Source of the DNA: a virus
Taxonomy: Duplodnaviria; Caudoviricetes
IMG/VR virus record: IMGVR_UViG_3300044475_000179
Location: 1-42,955 of that record
Direction: 5' to 3' (one strand)
DNA length: 42,955 nucleotides
The notes under the pieces were generated by a model that was given only the letters and a program-made list of their open reading frames with translations, was not told where the DNA came from and ran no database searches. A program made the translations under genes and the position numbers. Each line of letters begins with the position of its first letter. Position 1 is the first letter of the stretch. This document shows positions 36,608-42,955 of the stretch, piece by piece.

Positions 36608-36910
36608 CTACTTGGCGGCGCGCGCTGGAGGCAGGTGCCGCCATGCCACCACTTCGACGCTGCTGACCGGCATGCCATCGGCGTAGTACCAGCGCTCGCC
36701 ATCGGTGTAGCCGGGGTAGACTTCGCCGTCAGACGTCTCAAGCAGCACCAGCAGGTCGGCATCGACTGGTGGCGGTGCGCTGGCCGGTAGCCACGCCGCC
36801 TGCTCGCGCAGCACGGCATTCTCGGCAACCAGCTCGGCGGCACGGTCATAGGCGGCGCGAGCGGCTTGGCGCGCGTCTTGGAATGTGATCAGCCAAGCGT
36901 CGAAGGTCAT
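36608..36910 (-). CDS. Hypothetical protein (DUF551-like C-terminus)
   Basis: WLPASAPPP...VVAWRHLP motif. Confidence 0.7.
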   Translation of the reverse strand: MTFDAWLITFQDARQAARAAYDRAAELVAENAVLREQAAWLPASAPPPVDADLLVLLETSDGEVYPGYTDGERWYYADGMPVSSVEVVAWRHLPPARAAK

Positions 36911-36912
36911 GG

Positions 36913-37803
36913 TTACGCCTTGCCGTGCAGGACGGTGAAAGGGCTGCTGCGCACCTGGTTGACGTATTCCTTGAAGGCGTGCTCCAAGGAGACATCAGGG
37001 CGGTCCAGTTCGTACCAGAACTTGACCTTGCCGCCGCCGACAAGGCGATACTTCAGGCGTGCGCGGACCTTGTAGCCAGCACCGCCCTTGAATACACGGG
37101 CGCCGATCTCGAAAGTGCGCGGGATTTCAACAGAGCCGTTGACGCCGGCGGACGCGTTCAGATTTTCGGTGTAGCACAGCTGCACTTGGCCGTTGTCCAG
37201 GCGGTGACTGGAGCTGAAGTTCACCTCGTTCTTCGCCTGCAGCGTGGAGGCCACGATGAGCAACGTCTCGCCGGTGGGCTGAGAGATGTCCGCGATGTTG
37301 TCTTCAATGAACACGGCGAACGGCTCTTGCTCCATCTTCTCGCCGTCGAATTTCAACCAAGTGGCGAACTCCTTGCTCAGCTCGGCGGTATAGACCGCAC
37401 GGTGATCGCGCCAGCCGGTGGCGTCGCCCGCGTCGACATTGCCGTGGTCGTTGAAGATCGCCGTCAGCGTGCGTGCATCGATGTCGGCGAAGATGCGCGT
37501 GATCGCGGGGTTGCCTTGCTGCGACACGTAGGTCAGGAAGCTGTCGAGGTCGGTCAGGCGGACGGTGCCGCTCTTGCGGGTTGGTGCCTGCTTGTTGGCC
37601 TCGATCAGCGCAGTCAGGTCGACCGCCTTGTAGTTATCGGGCACCAGCAGCTGCGTGATGCCGCTGGCGCTGACGATGGCATTAGCAGCCGTGGTCAGCT
37701 GCATCAGCTTGGTCAGCGTGCTGCTGTCGAAGTGCGTGTGCTCGGCGCCTAGCTGGGCAGCCGTGGTGCTACTCAGTTCGGCGGTGTGGGCTTGCTCGGT
37801 CAT
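36913..37803 (-). CDS. DUF2303 (YfdQ-like) protein
   Basis: DLDSFLTYV, AIFNDH, WRDHRAVY and ARLKYRL motifs. Confidence 0.85.
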   Translation of the reverse strand: MTEQAHTAELSSTTAAQLGAEHTHFDSSTLTKLMQLTTAANAIVSASGITQLLVPDNYKAVDLTALIEANKQAPTRKSGTVRLTDLDSFLTYVSQQGNPAITRIFADIDARTLTAIFNDHGNVDAGDATGWRDHRAVYTAELSKEFATWLKFDGEKMEQEPFAVFIEDNIADISQPTGETLLIVASTLQAKNEVNFSSSHRLDNGQVQLCYTENLNASAGVNGSVEIPRTFEIGARVFKGGAGYKVRARLKYRLVGGGKVKFWYELDRPDVSLEHAFKEYVNQVRSSPFTVLHGKA

Positions 37804-38150
37804 TGCGTTGCTTCCTTGAAGGTGGAGGGTTTGCCTTGACCGACGTCCTGCAGGTCAAGGGAGTGCTGTCGCGGATGCTTGCGCGACAGATTGTTGTCTT
37901 CGGTGACGAAGAAATAGTCGTCGCCGCGTTCCGGCTTGGGCGCCTTCACGGTGACTTTATCGGTGATGGTCACCTTGTCGACGTCGCCGCCGCGCGAGCC
38001 CGGCTTGACCTTCAATTCCAAGGTGATGGTGCCGGCCTTGCCGGTATTGCGAACAGCGGCCAGCAGTTCTTCCATGCCAGCGGTCAGTTCGGCGTGTGGG
38101 CGCCCGTCGCGCAGGTCTTGCAGTACGCGGGAGAAAGCGATTTGCGTCAT
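37800..38150 (-). CDS. Conserved phage protein usually paired with DUF2303
   Basis: TGKAGTITLELKV and FFVTEDNNLSRKHPRQ motifs. Confidence 0.8.
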   Translation of the reverse strand: MTQIAFSRVLQDLRDGRPHAELTAGMEELLAAVRNTGKAGTITLELKVKPGSRGGDVDKVTITDKVTVKAPKPERGDDYFFVTEDNNLSRKHPRQHSLDLQDVGQGKPSTFKEATQ

Positions 38151-38341
38151 TGTGTTGCCTCTTGGCGCAGGTGGTTAATGGGCAGCGCCGTGGTGCCGCC
38201 GCACGGCAGGCGGACGGTGGCAACCTTGGCGCCGTTGGTAATGTCGGTCTGGATCTGCTCGACCTGACCGACGGTGCTGCCGGTGTCGCCGTCAAAGCTG
38301 ACGGTGGTTCCCGGCGAGATTTGTGCGAGTACGTGGCGCAT
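38147..38341 (-). CDS. Hypothetical protein
   Basis: ATGA-coupled; 64 aa. Confidence 0.6.
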   Translation of the reverse strand: MRHVLAQISPGTTVSFDGDTGSTVGQVEQIQTDITNGAKVATVRLPCGGTTALPINHLRQEATQ

Positions 38342-38349
38342 CGCGCGAA

Positions 38350-38751
38350 TCAGTACTTCTTGCCGCCGGTGGCCAGTCGTGCGGCCGGCTTGTGGTCGGG
38401 GCGTTCCAAATTGAAGGCCAGCTTTTCGGAGATCGCGGAGCCCAGGTCGTAGCCACGGCTGCCAGCGAAGTCGAAGATGCGGATGATGGCGTCGGCCAGC
38501 TCTACTTCAACCATTTCGCGGTGTGGCAGTTTGTCGTCCATCAGGCTCTTGCGGTCGCCTTCCATGGCCTCGGCCACCTCGGATACGATCAGCATCAGGA
38601 TCTCGCCGGTATTGCGCTCGATACGCTTGCCGCTGGCCGGGTCGTTCCACCAGCCGCTGTAGACGGCGGCGCCATGGCACTGTTGGTTCAGGATCTGGCC
38701 GGCAGTCTTCAGCGCGGGCTCATTCAGTTGGAACTGGGCTTGGGTGGACAT
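38350..38751 (-). CDS. MazG-like nucleotide pyrophosphohydrolase
   Basis: LIVSEVAEAMEG...EVELADAIIRIFD...EKLAFN motifs; AAAGGA RBS. Confidence 0.85.
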   Translation of the reverse strand: MSTQAQFQLNEPALKTAGQILNQQCHGAAVYSGWWNDPASGKRIERNTGEILMLIVSEVAEAMEGDRKSLMDDKLPHREMVEVELADAIIRIFDFAGSRGYDLGSAISEKLAFNLERPDHKPAARLATGGKKY

Positions 38752-38764
38752 GGTCCGCTTCCTT

Positions 38765-38953
38765 TCAGTCGTTGTCGTTGGCTTGCAGCTTCTTCACATC
38801 GATTCGCGCGCGGCGCTGCATGTGGTACCGCGCTCGGTTTTCAAGAATGATTCGTAGGGCTGGGTCGGCTAGCACCTGCTCCAGCGGCAGACCGGTTCGC
38901 AAGCCGCGGTGAGCGACTTCAAGTGCGATCTGGTCTGGCGCCGGCCGGTTCAT
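38765..38953 (-). CDS. Hypothetical protein
   Basis: Ends DVKKLQAND, a common phage C-terminal motif. Confidence 0.65.
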   Translation of the reverse strand: MNRPAPDQIALEVAHRGLRTGLPLEQVLADPALRIILENRARYHMQRRARIDVKKLQANDND

Positions 38954-38954
38954 G

Positions 38955-39215
38955 TCAGCGTGCCTGGCCGCTCTGCTCGCACACCTGGTGGCCATCGGCG
39001 CGTCGGCGTGGTTCGAGTGTCGCGTTGATAAGGCCGCCGCCTGTCCGTCCCACGTATTGGCACCCGGTCAAGTTGTCGGTGAGGACGAGAGCCTGACCGG
39101 GCTGGGCGGTATCGTCGCCCGAGCACGCGACCAGCGCGCTGGTGGCCATCACAACCGCGATCAGCATCGGCGCCGCGCCGGCCGGGATTTTTCGCCGTGA
39201 CATGCCCGCACTCAC
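38955..39215 (-). CDS. Putative lipoprotein
   Basis: Basic N-terminus, hydrophobic stretch, LVAC lipobox; TDNLTGCQY. Confidence 0.6.
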   Translation of the reverse strand: MSAGMSRRKIPAGAAPMLIAVVMATSALVACSGDDTAQPGQALVLTDNLTGCQYVGRTGGGLINATLEPRRRADGHQVCEQSGQAR

Positions 39216-39691
39216 TTGGCGAAGCCCGCTTCCACCAGCACGGCGCGGCGCTCGGGCGCGCGGCTCACGTAGCCCGTCTTCGTTATGACGCCCGCCAGCT
39301 CCAGTTCGGCGCGCACCGCGCTCAGTTGCTCTGGCGTCGCGTGAGCGATGAACGAAGTGATGATGGAGCTAGCCATGATCAGTTCTGCTGCAAGCCGGTC
39401 AGGGGCGTTCGCCGGCGCCAGCTGACGGTGGGGTAGATTCGCCTTCGTGGCGATGTGGCGCGCCCAGATCGCACGACCCTCGTCGGCGCCGGCGTGATAT
39501 GCATCGAAGCCCTGCGTGCCGGCCTCGAACAGATCGGGCAGCATCACGCCGCCGCTCGCGGTCTCCAGCGCTTTCTCTACGCCCAGGCGGTAAGCCTGGC
39601 TGCGCGCTGGGCGCGTCGGCGGAAATGCGGTGGCGATCAGGTCGGCAACTTCGATACGGTTCAGCGGCTGCATCAAGTCGAGCGGGTTCAT
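39212..39691 (-). CDS. Hypothetical protein
   Basis: RSQAYRLGV...GTQGFDAYHAGADEG motif; ATGA-coupled. Confidence 0.7.
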   Translation of the reverse strand: MNPLDLMQPLNRIEVADLIATAFPPTRPARSQAYRLGVEKALETASGGVMLPDLFEAGTQGFDAYHAGADEGRAIWARHIATKANLPHRQLAPANAPDRLAAELIMASSIITSFIAHATPEQLSAVRAELELAGVITKTGYVSRAPERRAVLVEAGFAK

Positions 39692-39852
39692 TTGCGGCTC
39701 CGGTTCAGTGGGTGGATGGTGATTGCCGGCGCGTCGGCGCTGCTGTAGCGCGCGGCGATGAATTCGCCCACGGCGGCGCTGCTGGTGCCGATGGCGAAGG
39801 AATGGGCATCTGGATAGCCGGCGCGGCGCACGGTGATGGTGAAGGCGTTCAT
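39688..39852 (-). CDS. 54-aa hypothetical protein (not in the ORF track)
   Basis: MNAFTITVRRAG...NRSRK*; AAGGA RBS; ATGA overlaps at both ends. Confidence 0.65.
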   Translation of the reverse strand: MNAFTITVRRAGYPDAHSFAIGTSSAAVGEFIAARYSSADAPAITIHPLNRSRK

Positions 39853-40049
39853 TTAGCTATCCTTGCGGCGGTGAGGTATTGGTGAGCGCGCTGCGACGCC
39901 TCCAAGCGCGGTTGCCAGACATCGGTGGGGTAGCCATCTGCGATGAACTGCTTGATGGTCTCGATGTGGACGGACAGCGCTACAGCCGCCTCAAACAGGC
40001 CGTCGGTGTTGAGCGCCGTCAAGGCAGCTGCGCGTTCGGTGGTAGTCAC
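39849..40049 (-). CDS. Hypothetical protein downstream of VR2 (start uncertain)
   Basis: GTG at 40049; helical sequence; stop overlaps the next ATG. Confidence 0.55.
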   Translation of the reverse strand: MTTTERAAALTALNTDGLFEAAVALSVHIETIKQFIADGYPTDVWQPRLEASQRAHQYLTAARIAK

Positions 40050-40068
40050 GAACTGAATGACTAAAGGG

Positions 40069-40683
40069 TTAAATAGGCAATCTGCGGAACACGCGCACGC
40101 GGCCGGCGTAGGACTTGTGACTGAGGTCCTGATCGCCATCGTCGAAGTGCTGGTGCCAGGCATAGTGGGAGTAGGTCCGGTGCTGCGTGCTGGTCCAGTA
40201 CCAGGTGCTGGCGAACGCGTCAGGCCCGCCCTCCCGGAAGGCTTCCACACTGGTCTGCGCGGGCAGTTCGGGCGTGTATTCCTCGCCGCGCGGCACACTG
40301 TGCGCGTTGTTGCCGTCCTTGAGGCACCAGTTGCGGTCGGTGGTCGGCTTGAATGCGCGGTAGGCCGTCTCCAGCTCGTCGCGTGATGGGATGTACCAGT
40401 CGTTGAAGCCGTTGATGGTGAGGGCAGTGGCTTCCTCCGCCAGGCGCAGGCCAGCCGCCAGCATGTCCAGCGTGTTTTGCTTGCCGTCGTGTGCGCTCAT
40501 GGCGCCGTCGATCAGTTCGGCGGCTTTGTGCCAATAGCCTTTCAGCTCACCGGCGATGCCGGCGCAGACCAGGGCGAAGCGCTGCTCGCCGTTGGTGATG
40601 ACGCCAGCGAAGTAGCCGCCTTCGAATGGTGCGCCGATTGCGGGTAGGGAGGGGGTGGCGGGGGTTTTGTCTTGCTGCTGCAT
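40069..40683 (-). CDS. DGR target 2, DUF1566/Lcl-type CLec-fold protein
   Basis: Paralogue of target 1; AAGGAG RBS; C-terminal VR2; first gene of the leftward operon. Confidence 0.92.
   Translation of the reverse strand: MQQQDKTPATPSLPAIGAPFEGGYFAGVITNGEQRFALVCAGIAGELKGYWHKAAELIDGAMSAHDGKQNTLDMLAAGLRLAEEATALTINGFNDWYIPSRDELETAYRAFKPTTDRNWCLKDGNNAHSVPRGEEYTPELPAQTSVEAFREGGPDAFASTWYWTSTQHRTYSHYAWHQHFDDGDQDLSHKSYAGRVRVFRRLPI
40080..40188 (-). repeat. DGR variable repeat VR2
   Basis: 99/109 identical to TR; all 10 mismatches at TR adenines. Confidence 0.97.
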
Positions 40684-40699
40684 TTCACACTCCTTGTTG

Positions 40700-40781
40700 G
40701 TAAACCATTAGGTAAACAGGATGTGAATGACTTTACCAAAAAGATAAACAACACACAAGCGTTATTTACCAAAATGGTTAA
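40700..40781. promoter_or_regulatory. Left operator cluster (OL-like)
   Basis: TTTACC-N5-GGTAAA-type sites at 40732-40748 and 40765-40781; a degenerate site at 40700-40716. Confidence 0.75.
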
Positions 40782-40844
40782 GTTTGAGCGCGAACGCTAA
40801 TTACCGATCCGAAAGGTCGGGGTTTGCGTCGTCCGGAGTGAGGT

Positions 40845-41066
40845 TTAGTCGCCTTGCTTTTGGCGAATAAGGGATTGCAGAGAGGTGATCTGTTGCGTGA
40901 GAGCGTCAATCTTCGCCGACGCCGTTACCATGCGAACGCGATGATTGATCTCTGCATTGACGGTCCAACCATTGGTTTCGGCAGCTTCCTTGAGCTCTGC
41001 GTGCACCTGTTCGGAGAAGCGGACCGAGACTTTTACGGTTTTTACTTTCTGTTTTGGAATGTTCAT
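40845..41066 (-). CDS. Arc/Mnt-like ribbon-helix-helix protein
   Basis: VSVRFSEQVHAELKEAAETNGWTVNAEINHRV. Confidence 0.8.
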   Translation of the reverse strand: MNIPKQKVKTVKVSVRFSEQVHAELKEAAETNGWTVNAEINHRVRMVTASAKIDALTQQITSLQSLIRQKQGD

Positions 41067-41297
41067 CGCGCGATCATTGCGCGCACTTTTGAAAAAGTGT
41101 TGTTTTTGGCTCCATTTGGAGCCTTTTTATTTCTTGATTCTTCTAGAAATTTTACATTTTGATATAGGCATCTAGCCCCGCAGGCCATACAGTGATAGCG
41201 ACGGCGTCAAAATTGTGTTTGGGTAATATGTTTTAACTATGTGAAATATCGTGACATTGTGCGTATATTCAGGCTATACCCACAGTGCGAAAGGAAG

Positions 41298-41468
41298 ATG
41301 ATGGTCTGCAATAAAACCCGTGAAACGTTGCTGCAGCGTGCGCGGGAGCTGCTGGAAGAGATTTCTGACGATGCGCTGCCGACTGCTACGAGGTTTCTCG
41401 AAGACATGTCCAAAAAGCGACCGGCGGACACAGCGGTGGTAGCAAAAATAAAGAAGCGAGAGGAATAG
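41298..41468 (+). CDS. Small helical hypothetical protein
   Basis: AAGGA before ATG ATG; RETLLQRARELLEEISDDALPTATRFLEDMSKKRP. Confidence 0.5.
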   Translation: MMVCNKTRETLLQRARELLEEISDDALPTATRFLEDMSKKRPADTAVVAKIKKREE

Positions 41469-41600
41469 AGCTGCGCCGATCAGCCGCGCCCCCGCCGATC
41501 TGGCACTTTCTCAAAAGAATTAACCGAATTGTTACAATGTGTTAGTTTCTAGGGCGGTAAAAGTAGTATTGTTGTCAAAAAACCATACTAGTTGCCTAGA

Positions 41601-41759
41601 ATGAATTCAGCGTATAGAGAGATTTACATCGAGAGGGCGATGCTGGCTATCGAGTCCACCAGCGAAAGTGAGCACCACCGCCTCATTGCGTTTTTACTTG
41701 CCTTCGCCAGGAAGTACCCTAAACGGTCAAGACTGAAACTTGTGGTGAGCAATAAATGA
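41601..41759 (+). CDS. 52-aa protein convergent with the repressor (not in the ORF track)
   Basis: Hand translation: MNSAYREIYIERAMLAIESTSESEHHRLIAFLLAFARKYPKRSRLKLVVSNK*. Confidence 0.5.
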   Translation: MNSAYREIYIERAMLAIESTSESEHHRLIAFLLAFARKYPKRSRLKLVVSNK

Positions 41760-42179
41760 CTCGTCCACTTCGGCTGCATCGGCCATTGTGCTTATGTAGT
41801 CCTGTCCGTCGCTGGTAGCCATGCGATAACGCGCTAAGAGTTCCACCTCCCGCTCGTTCAGGATGCCAAGTTCCCGCGCGGCGTGCAGCTTGCGAAGAAT
41901 TGCGTTGGCATCCGCATTGTCCACAGCGAGCCAAGGCGTCTGGCGCTCGTTTTTGCCATTCTCCTGCGAATGCACGATGTCCAGCCAGCCCTCCGGCTTG
42001 CCGTATGCTTGCTCAACGCGCTTAGCGATTGAGTTCCCTATGTTCTTGTGTGGGTTTTTTCCGATCAGCTGACTGACTTGAGACGGCTCCATTCCGAGAA
42101 TGCGGCCGAACTCAGCCAATCCCCCGTTGTCGGTGGCAAGCCTTCTGGCGTTCTCGCGGCGAATCTCTTCTCTTGTCAT
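41727..42179 (-). CDS. CI-like repressor without an S24 peptidase domain
   Basis: HTH (LAEFGRILGMEPSQVSQL...IGNSIAKRVE...GWLD); divergent from the cro-like gene; only 150 aa. Confidence 0.85.
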   Translation of the reverse strand: MTREEIRRENARRLATDNGGLAEFGRILGMEPSQVSQLIGKNPHKNIGNSIAKRVEQAYGKPEGWLDIVHSQENGKNERQTPWLAVDNADANAILRKLHAARELGILNEREVELLARYRMATSDGQDYISTMADAAEVDESFIAHHKFQS

Positions 42180-42197
42180 GGCGCCATCTTCATTTAA

Positions 42198-42264
42198 TTT
42201 ACCAAAACGGTAAATAACCAAAAAGGTAAACAAATTCTTGCGGCGACTTTATCTTTTTGGTAAA
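42198..42264. promoter_or_regulatory. Right operator cluster (OR-like), three 17-bp sites
   Basis: TTTACCAAAACGGTAAA (42198), ATAACCAAAAAGGTAAA (42214) and TTTATCTTTTTGGTAAA (42248). Confidence 0.8.
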
Positions 42265-42273
42265 GTCGACGAC

Positions 42274-42489
42274 ATGGATATGAAAACCTACCTTCGTCAG
42301 GCGACAGCCGCTGAGCGACAAGAGCTTGCGGCGGCGGTAAATTCATCCGTCGCATATTTCTATTCAATCGCAGGCGGCCATAAGCGGCCAGGGGTGGGGC
42401 TTTGTCGCGCGCTAGTTGCTGCGGAGCCGAAACTTACCCTCGGGGAACTGAGGCCGGATGTCTGGTCAGCAGATCCTGCTGCTGCTTAA
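42274..42489 (+). CDS. Cro/YdaS-like regulator
   Basis: HTH followed by the ELRPDVW motif; divergent from the repressor. Confidence 0.85.
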   Translation: MDMKTYLRQATAAERQELAAAVNSSVAYFYSIAGGHKRPGVGLCRALVAAEPKLTLGELRPDVWSADPAAA

Positions 42490-42548
42490 GTTGCTCCAAG
42501 TATTGCATGTAATTTTAGAAACTTCCTCATTTATTACCAGGCCGACAA

Positions 42549-42955
42549 ATGAATCTCTCCGATGCGATCTACAAAACCGTTCACAACGCGATAGGCGGCC
42601 TCGAGGCGTTGGCCGTTCGCATGAACATCCGGACGTAGATCATGCGCAATAAAGCCAACCCGAACAGCGGCACCAACTACTTCGCTCCAGGCGAGCTAGA
42701 TATGCTGTTGGCACTGACGGGCGACCACAGCATATTGCACGCCCTGGCGCGGAACCACGGCTACGTCTGTGTCAAGGTGGAGCACGATGTCACGCCTTCA
42801 GACATGGCGCTGTTGGAGATGCTGGCGAAGGCGGTCGCCGCCAACGGTGAGGTGGGTGCGGAGCTGTATGCCACGCTTGCCGACGGCGTCGTGGAGGAGC
42901 GTGAGGTACAGCGTGTGGAGGAAGCCGCCTACCGCGCTAAGGCGGCGCTAACGAC
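42549..42955 (+). pseudogene. CII-like (CP76/186-type) regulator with an in-frame TAG at codon 30; continues across the join to TGA at 173-175
   Basis: Hand translation: MNLSDAIYKTVHNAIGGLEALAVRMNIRT*IMRNKANPN...LTGDHSILHALA...LADGVVEEREV...LKGMVEK. Confidence 0.8.
42830..42955 (+). repeat. Terminal direct repeat, copy 2
   Basis: Identical to 13-138. Confidence 0.95.

Noticed and set aside
42636-42638. Genome-wide TAG reassignment
   Set aside because: TAG terminates several conserved genes at the expected lengths, and no suppressor tRNA was seen.

Overview
A complete, circularly permuted genome (about 42.8 kb, 126-bp terminal overlap) of a GC-rich temperate siphovirus. The host is probably a beta/gamma-proteobacterium, inferred only from the CTGT-N8-ACAG LexA box and the gene families. 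Gene order on the + strand: primase/VapE replicase and iteron origin; cos-like site; TerS and GpA-type TerL; Mor-like activator; lambda-like head genes with an inserted FN3/SGNH gene pair; tail; lysis; SOS-boxed gene; attP-like region; integrase. The - strand carries a long early operon, followed by a lambda-like immunity region and a CII-like gene with an in-frame TAG. The main feature is an intact diversity-generating retroelement (target1-avd-TR-RT). One 109-bp template matches two variable repeats 4.5 kb apart. Both lie in paralogous ~200-aa DUF1566/CLec-like proteins of the early operon, not in the tail fibre, and one is the first gene after the leftward early promoter. All 21 TR/VR mismatches are at TR adenines. 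Family assignments come from motif recognition and synteny; no database searches were run.
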